From positions 207,957-271,956 of the forward strand of contig JBBQBP010000001.1 in assembly GCA_038317635.1 (NCBI GenBank): DNA of 64,000 nucleotides. Reading direction: 5' to 3'. Below the pieces are notes generated by a model. The model saw only the letters and a program-made list of their open reading frames with translations. It ran no database searches and had not been told where the DNA came from. This document shows positions 43,607 to 52,879 of this stretch, one piece after another. The position numbers and the translations under genes are program-made. The stretch is from Propionibacteriales bacterium (GTDB lineage: Bacteria > Actinomycetota > Actinomycetes > Propionibacteriales > Propionibacteriaceae). Numbering within the stretch: position 1 is the stretch's first letter; each line of letters begins with the position of its first letter.

Positions 43607-45556
43607 CTAGTCGTCCAGCATCGTCGCGCCGAGCCACTCCGCAGGGATGCCCAGGCCTTCGACGAGGGCCAGGGCGTCGGGGCGAAGCTCGGCGCACAGG
43701 TGGTTGAGCGTCCTGGTCAGCGACTTCGACCGCGCCTGGGTCATGAAGTTGTGGTCGGTGAACCACGCGCGATCGGATTCGAGGTTGTCGATCACGTACA
43801 GGTCGCACAACGTGTTGAGCATCTTCTTCGCGGCTTGGTCCTCGCAGGCCTCGATGCCGGCGACGAACGACCCCAGGACGAGCCGGTCGGTGTGGACGCG
43901 CGCCAGCGAGAGCAGGTGGTCCTGCATGTCGTTGACGGCCCCGAACCGTGACTCCTTCTCCAGACGCATGGCCTGCTGGAACCGCCGGGCCAGCGACTCG
44001 AGCACGTGTCGCTCGCGCTCGTCGAACATCAGCACCTGCCAGCCGCGGTCGAGCACGCCGACTTCGTTGCTGACCCGTCGCGCCCTCGCCACCAACGCGT
44101 CGACGGCCCCGCGCCCCGCCGTGCGTTCCAGCACCATCCGGGCCACCAGGTCGGCCGTCTTAGTCACCGTCTCGCGCCGGTCGAGACCCGTCCAGGTCTC
44201 GCGGTAGCCGGTCAGCAGGCCCCTGGCCACGAGCTGCATCAGCACCGTGTTGTCACCCTCGAACGTCGCGAAGATGTCCACGTCGCTGCGCAGCAGCGTC
44301 AGCTGGTTCTCCGCGATGTACCCGGCCCCGCCGCATGCCTCCCGGCAGACCTGCACGACGTCGTTCGCCCACCGCGACTGCGCGGCCTTGAGCCCCGCTG
44401 CCCGGCTCTCGAGCGAGCGCTGGAAGTCGTCGTCCACCGCTTCCCTACGGCTCTTCGCCAACAGCTCGATGAGGTCGTTGTTCGCGAACCCGAACGCGTA
44501 CGCCTTCGCGATGCCGGGCAGCAGCCGCCGCTGATGCCACAGGTAGTCGAGCAGCACGACCTCGCCGCCGTCGGGGTTCGGGAACTGCCGACGCCTCAAC
44601 GCGTACCGCGTCGCGATCGACAGGGCCCGGCGCCCGGCGATCGCCGCGCCGGCACCCACGCAGATCCGCCCGCGTACCAGCGTGCCGAGCATCGTGAAGA
44701 ACCGCTTCCCCGAGCTCGAGATCTCCGACGAGTACGAGCCGTCGTCGTCGATCCCTCCGTACCGGCTGAGCAGGCTGGCACGTGGCACCCGGACGTGGTC
44801 GAACCGCAGCGTTCCGTTGTCGACCCCGAGCAGGCCGCCCTTGTGGCCGTTGTCGCCCGAGGTGCAGCCCGGCAGGTCGACGCCCTTGCCCCGCACCATC
44901 TTGCGGAACGGCACGACGACGCAGTGCACCCCCTGGCACGTCCCGTCCACCCACAGCTGTCCGAAGACCGCAGCGGACGTGCCGTGCACGGCGGCGTTGC
45001 CGATGTACGTCTTCGTCGCGCTCGGCGTCGGCGAGTCGACGATGATCTCGTCGGTCTCCGGGTCGTACCTGAGAGTCGTCTCGATGCTCGCCACGTCCGA
45101 GCCGTGGCCCATCTCGGTCATCGCGAAACAGCCGAGGTGCTTGGTGTCGAGGATGTCCGGCAGCCACCGGGCGATCTGCTCGTCCGTACCGAGTCCCTCG
45201 ATCGCCCCGCCCCACAGCCCGTACTGCACGCCGGCCTTGATCGTCAGCGACAGGTCACCGTGCGAGAGCGCCTCGAAGCCGTTGACCACGGCCGCGGGAT
45301 CGGCGGGCTGACCGGGCAGGCTGAAGCCCGTGTTGGCGTACCCCTTCGCCGACAGGTGCTTGAGCGCCTTGAGCGTCCAGGTCCTCGCCTCGTCCATCGA
45401 CAGGCTCGGGTCGCGGAGGATCTCGTCCTTGGCCAGGGTGTCGCGGGCCTTCTGACGTGAGGCGTGGTACGGGCCGTCCAGGGCGACTTTCAGCGCCTCG
45501 CCGAGCCGTGGGTCGGCAGCGGCGGTCGTCTCTGTACGGGTGGCGGTGTCGGTCAC
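43607..45556 (-). CDS. Acyl-CoA oxidase (ACOX family, FAD-dependent)
   Basis: 649 aa. ACOX N-terminal and middle domains (CFAMTEMGHGSDV). C-terminal ACOX-specific domain. Confidence 0.85.
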   Translation of the reverse strand: MTDTATRTETTAAADPRLGEALKVALDGPYHASRQKARDTLAKDEILRDPSLSMDEARTWTLKALKHLSAKGYANTGFSLPGQPADPAAVVNGFEALSHGDLSLTIKAGVQYGLWGGAIEGLGTDEQIARWLPDILDTKHLGCFAMTEMGHGSDVASIETTLRYDPETDEIIVDSPTPSATKTYIGNAAVHGTSAAVFGQLWVDGTCQGVHCVVVPFRKMVRGKGVDLPGCTSGDNGHKGGLLGVDNGTLRFDHVRVPRASLLSRYGGIDDDGSYSSEISSSGKRFFTMLGTLVRGRICVGAGAAIAGRRALSIATRYALRRRQFPNPDGGEVVLLDYLWHQRRLLPGIAKAYAFGFANNDLIELLAKSRREAVDDDFQRSLESRAAGLKAAQSRWANDVVQVCREACGGAGYIAENQLTLLRSDVDIFATFEGDNTVLMQLVARGLLTGYRETWTGLDRRETVTKTADLVARMVLERTAGRGAVDALVARARRVSNEVGVLDRGWQVLMFDERERHVLESLARRFQQAMRLEKESRFGAVNDMQDHLLSLARVHTDRLVLGSFVAGIEACEDQAAKKMLNTLCDLYVIDNLESDRAWFTDHNFMTQARSKSLTRTLNHLCAELRPDALALVEGLGIPAEWLGATMLDD

Positions 45557-45587
45557 GAATACTCCTTGTCGGCGATGACGAGTGGTT

Positions 45588-46250
45588 CTATGCGGTGACG
45601 AGATGGGCGGACGTCGTGCCGTCGACGGCGTCGGCGACGCTCGTGGTGAACGTCGAGGTGATGAGCTGGATGAGCGACTCGCGCGGCAACGACGCGCTGC
45701 CCCCGGTCTCGAGCCAGTGGCCCGTGGCCGTACGAATGAAGCCGACGATGCCGAACGACAGCGTCTCGACCGCTGCCCCGGACGTGCCGCGGTGGCGCTG
45801 CTCGTCGCGGATGGCCTCGGCGAGCTCGATGGCGATCCGGTCGGCGATGCCGGTCGCCGGATCGCCGGCCCCGGCGGGCAGCCCCGGCGGGCGGTTCATG
45901 ACGAACAGGTAGATGTCGGGGTCGCGGTCGACGAGCCCGATGTATGCCTCGGCGAGGCCACGTACGAGGTCGGCGACGTGGCCGCTCTCACGCAGGGACG
46001 CGAATCGCGGCCTGACCTCGGCGAGGATGTTCGAGGCGACCCTGTCCGCTACCGCCAGGTAGAGCCCGTTGCGGTCACCGAAGTAGCGGTAGAGCACCGT
46101 CTTGCTCGTGCCCGAACCCAGGGCGATCTCGTCGATGGTGACCGCGGCCCCGTGCGTACGGATCGCGCGCAGTGCGGAGTCGACGAGAGCGACGCGTCGC
46201 TCCACCCGGTGTTCCTGCCACCGGGTGTCGCGTCCGTCTCGATGTTCCAT
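45588..46250 (-). CDS. TetR family transcriptional regulator
   Basis: HTH VTIDEIALGSGTSKTVLYRYFGDRNGL. Divergent from the thiolase operon. Confidence 0.9.
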   Translation of the reverse strand: MEHRDGRDTRWQEHRVERRVALVDSALRAIRTHGAAVTIDEIALGSGTSKTVLYRYFGDRNGLYLAVADRVASNILAEVRPRFASLRESGHVADLVRGLAEAYIGLVDRDPDIYLFVMNRPPGLPAGAGDPATGIADRIAIELAEAIRDEQRHRGTSGAAVETLSFGIVGFIRTATGHWLETGGSASLPRESLIQLITSTFTTSVADAVDGTTSAHLVTA

Positions 46251-46335
46251 GCGCTCGAGGGTACCTCGTACTTGGCGTACCTGCTACTGTCCGTATCGGG
46301 TTTTTCTCACCACTCCGGCCCTTCCAAGGAGACGC

Positions 46336-47628
46336 ATGACAGACCACACCGCCGTCGTCGTCGGCGGCAATCGCATCCCCTTCGCGCGCAGCCACGGCGC
46401 GTACCGCCAGGCGAGCAACGTCGACATGCTGACCGCCACCATCGATGGCCTGGTCGCCCGCTTCGGGCTGTCCGGACATCGCGTCGGTGAGGTTGTGGGC
46501 GGCGCGGTGCTCAAGCACAGCCGCGACTTCAACCTCACCCGCGAGGCGGTGCTGGGGTCGTCGCTCGACCCCCACACACCGGCCTGCGAGCTGCAGCAGG
46601 CCTGTGCGACGGGCCTCGAGGCGACGATCTACGTGAGCAACAAGATCCGCCTCGGCCAGATCGCGGACGGTATCGCCGGCGGCGCCGACAGCGTCTCCGA
46701 CGCGCCCATGGCGACCTCGGACGGGCTGCGTCGTGCGCTGATCGCCGCCAACGCCGCCAAGACCCTCCCGGCCCGGCTCGCGGCCCTGTCGTCGATCCGC
46801 CCCGGCCACCTCGTTCCGGACCCACCCGGCATCACCGAGCCCCGTACGGGGCTGTCGATGGGCGAGCACCAGGCATTGACGACGACGCGCTGGGGTATCG
46901 GCCGTACGGATCAGGACGAGCTCGCGCTGGCCAGCCACCTCAACATGGCGCGGGCGTGGAGCGAAGGCTTCTTCGACGATCTGGTGACGCCCTACCTCGG
47001 GGTCACGAAGGACCAGGGCGTACGAGCTGACACCACGCTCGAGAAGCTCGCGTCGCTGAAGCCGGTGTTCGGCCGCGGCGAGGGCGCCACGATGACCGCC
47101 GGCAACTCCACGGGCTTCTTCGACGGTGCGGCGGTGACCTACCTTGCTGACGCCGACTATGCCGCCGAGCACCATCTGCCCGCGCTCGCCCGGATCGTCG
47201 ACGCGGAGGTTGCCGCGGTCGACTACACCCTCGGCGGCGAGGACCTGCTGCTGGCGCCCACCTACGCGATCCCGCGCCTGCTCGCGCGCAACGGCCTGAC
47301 CTGGCAGGACTTCGACTACTACGAGATCCACGAGGCGTTCGCCGCGACCGTGCTCGCGACGCTCGACGCGCTCGACGACGAGACGTACTGCCGAGAGAGG
47401 CTGGGCCTGGACGGTGCGCTGGGCCAGATCGACCGCAGCCGGCTGAACGTCAACGGGTCGTCGCTCGCGGCGGGTCACCCGTTCGCCGCCACCGGAGGAC
47501 GGATCGTCCCGACGCTGGCGAAGCTGCTCCATCAGCGCGGAACGGTCGATGGCCGACCGGCCCGCGGCATCGTGTCCATCTGCGCCGCTGGGGGTCAGGG
47601 CGCCGTTGCGATCCTGGAGGCCTGCTGA
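46336..47628 (+). CDS. Acetyl-CoA C-acyltransferase (thiolase)
   Basis: ATG at 46336 with an AAGGAG RBS. Thiolase active-site cysteines: the LQQACATGL region and C-terminal CAAGGQGAVAILE. Confidence 0.9.
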   Translation: MTDHTAVVVGGNRIPFARSHGAYRQASNVDMLTATIDGLVARFGLSGHRVGEVVGGAVLKHSRDFNLTREAVLGSSLDPHTPACELQQACATGLEATIYVSNKIRLGQIADGIAGGADSVSDAPMATSDGLRRALIAANAAKTLPARLAALSSIRPGHLVPDPPGITEPRTGLSMGEHQALTTTRWGIGRTDQDELALASHLNMARAWSEGFFDDLVTPYLGVTKDQGVRADTTLEKLASLKPVFGRGEGATMTAGNSTGFFDGAAVTYLADADYAAEHHLPALARIVDAEVAAVDYTLGGEDLLLAPTYAIPRLLARNGLTWQDFDYYEIHEAFAATVLATLDALDDETYCRERLGLDGALGQIDRSRLNVNGSSLAAGHPFAATGGRIVPTLAKLLHQRGTVDGRPARGIVSICAAGGQGAVAILEAC

Positions 47629-49058
47629 TGCCAAAGAAGGTCGATCCACTGGAAGTCCTAGCCACATCGCCTTTCGCGAAGGCGGTCACCACCTCGTCGA
47701 TCGGCAGGTCCGTGGCCACCCGGCTGGGTGTGCCGCCAGCCGCTGACCTGCGCCGCGGCCGGACGATGCCTGGGGGAGCGGTTTCCCTTGCAGGACTGGA
47801 CAAAGTGACCCTTGCGCGCCGTACACTCACCCTACTGGGAGTCGAGATCATCGACCCGGTGGTTGACACCCCGGGAGCCCGCACCCCCGGTGAGTCCGGC
47901 AGACCCGTGCCGCCGGAGTACGAGAGTCGCCTGGGGGCACTCGTGATAGATCTCACCGGGCTGCGGGCGGTACCGGAGCTGGAGTACGTGCGCGGTGTGT
48001 TGCGCCCCGCGATCCGAAGCCTCGAACGCAGCGGCCGGATCATCTTCATCGCTCGGACCCCCGAGTCGTACGACGAGCTCGAGCCGCGCGTACTCGCGCA
48101 GGGCCTCGACGGGCTGAACCGTACGGTCGCCAAGGAGCTGCGCGGCGGAGCGACCTCGAACCTCATCTGGGTCGATCCCGAGACCACGCCGGAGGCGCTG
48201 GCGGCGACGTTGCGCTTCCTGCTCGAGGGTCGTTCCGCCTACGTGGACGGGCAGTCGTGGCGCGTCGGCGTGGCGGAGGTGGACGGGGACGTGGCCCGGA
48301 CGGCGAGCCCGTACGCCGGGCGGATCGTCGCCGTCACCGGCGCCGCCCGCGGTATCGGCGCGGCGATCGCACGCACCTTCGCCCGCGACGGCGCCACCGT
48401 TGTCGGCGTCGACATCCCGGCCTCGGGCGAGGCGCTCGCGAAGGTCGTCAACGAGATCCATGGCACCGCGCTGCAGCTCGACATCACCGTGCCCGATGCG
48501 GGTGAGCGGATCGCGGCGCACATCGCGGAGCGGTACGGAGCTGACGCGAGGCTGTACGCGATCATCCACAACGCCGGCATCACGCGCGACCGGATGCTCG
48601 CCAACCTCGACGAGAAGGGTTGGGCGGCTGTACTTGACGTGAACCTCGCCGCCCAGCTGCGGATGAACGCGTCACTGCTCGACGGACGTTCCGGCGGACT
48701 CGCGGACGGCGGCAGCATCATCGGCATCTCGTCGACCTCGGGCATCGCCGGCAACAAGGGCCAGGCCAACTATGCGACCAGCAAGGCGGCGATCGCGGGG
48801 CTGGTACGGGCGATGGCCCCGCAGCTGGCGGATCGGGGCATCACGATCAACGCCGTCGGACCGGGGTTCATCCAGACCGAGATGACCGCCGCGATCCCGT
48901 ACCTGCAACGCCAGATCTTCCAACGCTCGAACAGCCTGGCCCAGGGCGGCAAGCCGGTCGATGTGGCCGAGACGATCGCGTACCTCGCCGATCCGGCGTC
49001 GGCGGCCGTGACCGGTCAGGTCGTGCGCGTCTGCGGCCAGGCGCTGGTCGGGCAGTAG
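47628..49058 (+). CDS. Two-domain SDR-family 3-hydroxyacyl-CoA dehydrogenase (MFE-2 dehydrogenase-like)
   Basis: C-terminal SDR with TGAARGIGAAIA glycine motif and YATSKAA catalytic motif. N-terminal degenerate Rossmann-like domain. ATG overlaps the thiolase stop. Confidence 0.85.
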   Translation: MPKKVDPLEVLATSPFAKAVTTSSIGRSVATRLGVPPAADLRRGRTMPGGAVSLAGLDKVTLARRTLTLLGVEIIDPVVDTPGARTPGESGRPVPPEYESRLGALVIDLTGLRAVPELEYVRGVLRPAIRSLERSGRIIFIARTPESYDELEPRVLAQGLDGLNRTVAKELRGGATSNLIWVDPETTPEALAATLRFLLEGRSAYVDGQSWRVGVAEVDGDVARTASPYAGRIVAVTGAARGIGAAIARTFARDGATVVGVDIPASGEALAKVVNEIHGTALQLDITVPDAGERIAAHIAERYGADARLYAIIHNAGITRDRMLANLDEKGWAAVLDVNLAAQLRMNASLLDGRSGGLADGGSIIGISSTSGIAGNKGQANYATSKAAIAGLVRAMAPQLADRGITINAVGPGFIQTEMTAAIPYLQRQIFQRSNSLAQGGKPVDVAETIAYLADPASAAVTGQVVRVCGQALVGQ

Positions 49059-49067
49059 GGGACCGGC

Positions 49068-49943
49068 ATGGAGCGGGTGGTTCTCGACACGGTGCCGTCG
49101 ATTGCGCCGATGCTGGCGTCGTCGCTGGTGAGGAACGGCGTACGGCGCGTGGTCAAGCGGCGACCCGCGTCGCTACCGGACCGCGAGGTGGTGCAGGCGG
49201 ACGTCGCGCAGAGTGCAGAACGTCTCGCGCGGTACGACCGAGTCTGCGGGTTCGGCGTGCGGGACCTCGTCCCCGCAACGTGGCTGCACGTACAGACGTT
49301 CCCCCTGCAGCTCGTGCTGCTGAGCGCCCCCGACTCTCCGTTCTCGCTCGCCGGGATGGTGCACGTCACGAACTCGATGACCCTGTTGCGGCCGGTCTCG
49401 GTGGGGGAGCGGCTGTCCTTGTCGAGCTCGTATGGGCCGCCGCGCGAGCATCGCCGGGGCGTGCTGATCGACATGATCGGCGAGGCGCACGTCGGCGGCG
49501 AGCTGGTCTGGCGGGGCGTGTCCGCCTACCTGGTCCGGGGCGCGGCGCTGCCCGGGATGCTGCCCGAAGATCAGCCGGACGGTGTGCACCTGCCGTCCGA
49601 TGTGGACCTCGACGCGGACGCCGTGTGGCGGCTGCCCGCGAACCTGGGGCGACGGTACGCAGCGGTGTCCGGCGACATCAACCCCATCCACACCTCGGCG
49701 CTCGGAGGCAAGGCGTTCGGCTTCCCCCGCGCGATCATCCACGGCATGTGGACCCACGCCCGCGTCCTCGCGGCGCTGGAGCCGAGACTGCCGGACACGT
49801 ACCGGATGGACGTCCGCTTCACCAAGCCCATCCTTCTGCCGTCGTCGGTACGGTTCGGCGCCCGCCACGAGGGCGACCACTGGACCGCGGTCGTCCGTCC
49901 CCGCTCCGGAGAGAAGAGCCACCTCGTCGCGAGGATCACCTGA
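49068..49943 (+). CDS. MaoC-like (R)-specific enoyl-CoA hydratase, double hot-dog
   Basis: Hydratase-2 motif region VSGDINPIHTS. 291 aa. Confidence 0.85.
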   Translation: MERVVLDTVPSIAPMLASSLVRNGVRRVVKRRPASLPDREVVQADVAQSAERLARYDRVCGFGVRDLVPATWLHVQTFPLQLVLLSAPDSPFSLAGMVHVTNSMTLLRPVSVGERLSLSSSYGPPREHRRGVLIDMIGEAHVGGELVWRGVSAYLVRGAALPGMLPEDQPDGVHLPSDVDLDADAVWRLPANLGRRYAAVSGDINPIHTSALGGKAFGFPRAIIHGMWTHARVLAALEPRLPDTYRMDVRFTKPILLPSSVRFGARHEGDHWTAVVRPRSGEKSHLVARIT

Positions 49944-50006
49944 CGGACCGCTGGGCGGGTGACCCGGTCCGAGAGCGTCGTCCCCTCGACTGAGCACCCC
50001 CATCGT

Positions 50007-50038
50007 GACTGAGCACCCCGTACGCATGGTGCTCAGTC
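50007..50038 (+). terminator. Hairpin GACTGAGCACC-N10-GGTGCTCAGTC downstream of the MaoC gene, followed by GGATTTGGGG
   Basis: 11-bp perfect stem. An additional direct copy GACTGAGCACCCC at 49988-50000 and GGGGTGCTC at 50044-50052. Confidence 0.4.
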
Positions 50039-50117
50039 GGATTTGGGGTGCTCTGTGGCTGGTGATGGTTCGGCGGATACGGAGTCGAGAGACCAAGCAC
50101 CTATCTGTCCAACCAGA

Positions 50118-50138
50118 CTTGAGTCTGATCGACTCAAG
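50118..50138 (+). promoter_or_regulatory. HAIR element (HspR-associated inverted repeat) CTTGAGT-N7-ACTCAAG
   Basis: Perfect match to the HAIR consensus as recalled. 54 bp upstream of the hsp20 start. Confidence 0.7.
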
Positions 50139-50150
50139 TTGTAGATTTGG

Positions 50151-50177
50151 TTAGCACTCGAACAGTTGGAGTGCTAA
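50151..50177 (+). promoter_or_regulatory. CIRCE element (HrcA operator) TTAGCACTC-N9-GAGTGCTAA
   Basis: Perfect 9-N9-9 match to the CIRCE consensus, 14 bp upstream of the hsp20 start and overlapping the RBS region. Confidence 0.75.
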
Positions 50178-50191
50178 CGAAGGAGGACATC

Positions 50192-50638
50192 ATGGCCCGC
50201 ACATTCGACCCGTTCCGTGAACTCTTCGGTGACGCCCCCCGTACGGTCGGGATGCCGATGGATCTGGTCCGTACAGGTGACGACTTCGTCGTCTCGATCG
50301 ACCTTCCCGGCGTCGACCCGTCGAGCATCGACATCGATGCGGAGGAGCGCACGCTGACGATTCGCGCGACGCGCAACACCCAGGGAGCCGACGGCCAGCA
50401 GTGGCTGGTCCGGGAGCGCCCGACGGGCACGTTCGCCCGCCAGCTCACGCTGGGCAACGGACTGGCTCTGGACCGGGTGGAGGCGGGGTACGCCGACGGT
50501 GTGCTCACCCTTCACATCCCAGTTGCCGAAGAGGCCAAGCCGCGCAAGATCTCGGTGACCCACACCGCTGGCAAGCGGTCCATCGAGGGCGAGGTCGCCG
50601 AGCCGACCGGGACCCCGGAAGTTCCAGTGGCGAGCTGA
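50192..50638 (+). CDS. Hsp20/alpha-crystallin family small heat-shock protein
   Basis: ATG at about 50192 with a GAAGGAGG RBS. Alpha-crystallin domain (DDFVVSIDLPGVDP...GVLTLHIP). Confidence 0.9.
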   Translation: MARTFDPFRELFGDAPRTVGMPMDLVRTGDDFVVSIDLPGVDPSSIDIDAEERTLTIRATRNTQGADGQQWLVRERPTGTFARQLTLGNGLALDRVEAGYADGVLTLHIPVAEEAKPRKISVTHTAGKRSIEGEVAEPTGTPEVPVAS

Positions 50639-50668
50639 CCCACGAGGATTCGGCCCCCTGCACCAGGT

Positions 50669-52852
50669 GTGCGGGGGGCCGTTCGTCGTCTCGGAGCGAG
50701 GAATGTCCGCCGCTTCTCCTACGGTGGCTACGTGACCAACGATGACGCACTCACCGCCCTTCGGCGGCTGGTGGGCAACCCCGATGCCACCTTCCGCGAC
50801 GGGCAGGCGGAGGCGATCCACGCCTTGGTGCACGAACGACGCCGGGCCCTCGTCGTCCAGCGCACGGGGTGGGGCAAGTCGGCGGTCTACTTCGTCACCA
50901 CGATGCTCCGCCGTAAGGAGGGTGCCGGGCCGACGCTCATCGTGTCTCCGCTGCTGGCCCTGATGCGGGACCAGGTCGGCGCCGCGGAACGGGCCGGGAT
51001 CCGTGCCGTCACGATGAACTCATCGAACGCCACCGCCTGGGACGACGTCCGTGAGGCGCTGCGCAACGACTCGGTCGACCTGCTGCTGGTGAGCCCTGAG
51101 CGGCTCAACAACCCGAGCTTCCGTGAGCGCCAGCTGCCCGCATTGGCCGAGCGGTGTGGGTTGCTCGTCATCGACGAGGCCCACTGCATCAGTGACTGGG
51201 GGCACGACTTCCGCCCCGACTACCGCAGGATCAAGGACCTTCTCGCCGAGTTGCCGTCCTCGACACCGGTGCTCGCGACCACCGCCACCGCCAACGCCCG
51301 GGTCGTCGACGACGTCGAAGAGCAGCTGCGCGTCGGGGCGAACGGGTCGTCCCACGAGGTGCTCACACTGCGCGGCGGGTTGGCCAGGGACTCCTTGCGG
51401 CTCGGGGTTCTGCCTCCGGTGAGCCCGGTGCAGCGGTTGGCCTGGTTGCACACCCACCTGAACGACATGCCGGGCAGCGGCATCATCTACACGCTCACCG
51501 TGGCCGGCGCCGAGGACGTCGCCACCTCTCTACGTGCGGCCGGCCACGAGGTCGCCGCCTACACAGGTCGTACAGACACGGCGGACCGGGAGGAGCTCGA
51601 GCGGCGGCTCCGCGCCAACGACGTGAAGGCGCTGGTCGCCACCAGTGCGCTCGGGATGGGCTTCGACAAGCCCGACCTCGGTTTCGTCCTCCACCTCGGC
51701 GCCCCGTCGTCGCCGGTCGCGTACTACCAGCAGGTCGGCCGCGCGGGTCGCGCCACCGACCGTGCCGACGTCGTGCTGCTGCCCGGTCGGGAGGATGCGG
51801 ACATCTGGCACTACTTCGCCACGTCGTCGATGCCCCAGCAGCGGCTCGCGGAGGCGGTGATCGCCGCGCTCGAGGAGGCTGCTCGGCCGCTGTCCACGGC
51901 TGCTCTGGAATCGATCGTGGACATCCGTCGCAACCGGCTGGAGCTGTTGCTGAAGGTGCTGGACGTGGAGGGGGCCGTACGACGGGTGCAGGGCGGCTGG
52001 CTGGGGACCGGCCAGCCGTGGACCTACGACGCCGAGCGGTACGAGCGAGTGGCGGCGGCCCGCGACCGCGAGCAGCAGTTGATGGTGTCGTACGAGACGA
52101 CGACGGAATGCCGGATGCGCTTCCTCCAGGAGTCGTTGGACGACCCGACCGCGGCGGACTGCGGACGCTGTGACACATGCCGCGCGGCGGCCGGCGAGGC
52201 GTCGTGGTTCGACGCGTACATCGACGACGCCAACCTTCGGCTGGCGGAGCAGCAGCTGGCGCAGGTGGGTGTACCGATCGAGCCACGAGCGCTGTGGCCG
52301 ACCGGGATGGACCGGTTGGGAGTCCCGGCAAAGGGGAAGCTCGGGCCGGATGTGGCGGCCGCTCCCGGACGAGCGGTGGCGCGGTTGACCGACCTGGGCT
52401 GGGGGTCGGCACTGCGAGACGTGTTCTCGGCACCCGACGGCGCCGCTCCGGCACACATCGCGTCGGCCTGCGTACAGGTGCTGAAGGCGTGGCAGTGGGA
52501 GGCCCGGCCGGTGGCGGTGGTGGCCATGCCCTCGGTGAGCCGACCCCTGCTGGTCGACAGCCTCGCGCAGGGGCTGGCGCAGGTCGGCCGGTTGCGCTAC
52601 CTCGGACAGCTCGACCTGGTCCGGGAGGAGTCGTCGGGTCCGGGCGGCAACAGCGCGTTCCGGCTCGCGGACGTGTGGCCACGTTTCGCGGTGGGGCAAG
52701 CCCTCGCCGAGGCGCTTGTGAGCATCGAGGGCCCTGTGCTGCTCGTCGACGACCTGTGCGACTCCCGCTGGACCCTCACCCTCGCCGCGAAGCTGCTGCG
52801 CGAGGCCGGTGCCAGCGAGGTGCTGCCGTTCGCGCTGGCGACGGTTGCCTGA
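50669..52852 (+). CDS. RecQ-family ATP-dependent DNA helicase fused to a C-terminal ComF/ComFC-like phosphoribosyltransferase-type domain (probable GTG start about 50732)
   Basis: Helicase motifs I (TGWGKSAVYF), II (DEAHCISDWGHDFRPDY), III (TATA) and VI (QQVGRAGR). Zn-binding Cys cluster CGRCDTC. C-terminal RPVAVVAMPSVSRP...VLLVDDLCDSRWTL matches the ComF/PRTase core, but the PRPP loop reads DSRWT instead of TTGxT. Confidence 0.85.
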   Translation: MRGAVRRLGARNVRRFSYGGYVTNDDALTALRRLVGNPDATFRDGQAEAIHALVHERRRALVVQRTGWGKSAVYFVTTMLRRKEGAGPTLIVSPLLALMRDQVGAAERAGIRAVTMNSSNATAWDDVREALRNDSVDLLLVSPERLNNPSFRERQLPALAERCGLLVIDEAHCISDWGHDFRPDYRRIKDLLAELPSSTPVLATTATANARVVDDVEEQLRVGANGSSHEVLTLRGGLARDSLRLGVLPPVSPVQRLAWLHTHLNDMPGSGIIYTLTVAGAEDVATSLRAAGHEVAAYTGRTDTADREELERRLRANDVKALVATSALGMGFDKPDLGFVLHLGAPSSPVAYYQQVGRAGRATDRADVVLLPGREDADIWHYFATSSMPQQRLAEAVIAALEEAARPLSTAALESIVDIRRNRLELLLKVLDVEGAVRRVQGGWLGTGQPWTYDAERYERVAAARDREQQLMVSYETTTECRMRFLQESLDDPTAADCGRCDTCRAAAGEASWFDAYIDDANLRLAEQQLAQVGVPIEPRALWPTGMDRLGVPAKGKLGPDVAAAPGRAVARLTDLGWGSALRDVFSAPDGAAPAHIASACVQVLKAWQWEARPVAVVAMPSVSRPLLVDSLAQGLAQVGRLRYLGQLDLVREESSGPGGNSAFRLADVWPRFAVGQALAEALVSIEGPVLLVDDLCDSRWTLTLAAKLLREAGASEVLPFALATVA

Positions 52853-52879
52853 TGCGGTCGGTAGCGCCGACACACGGCG

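Noticed and set aside
44006-45460. 484-aa ORF antisense to acyl-CoA oxidase
   Set aside because: Shadow ORF, R/P/A-rich, no domain.
50004-50040. Second CIRCE element
   Set aside because: The AGCAC...GTGCT core and spacing resemble CIRCE, but the half-sites are TGAGCACCC/GGTGCTCAG, not TTAGCACTC/GAGTGCTAA. Its position directly after a stop codon fits a terminator.
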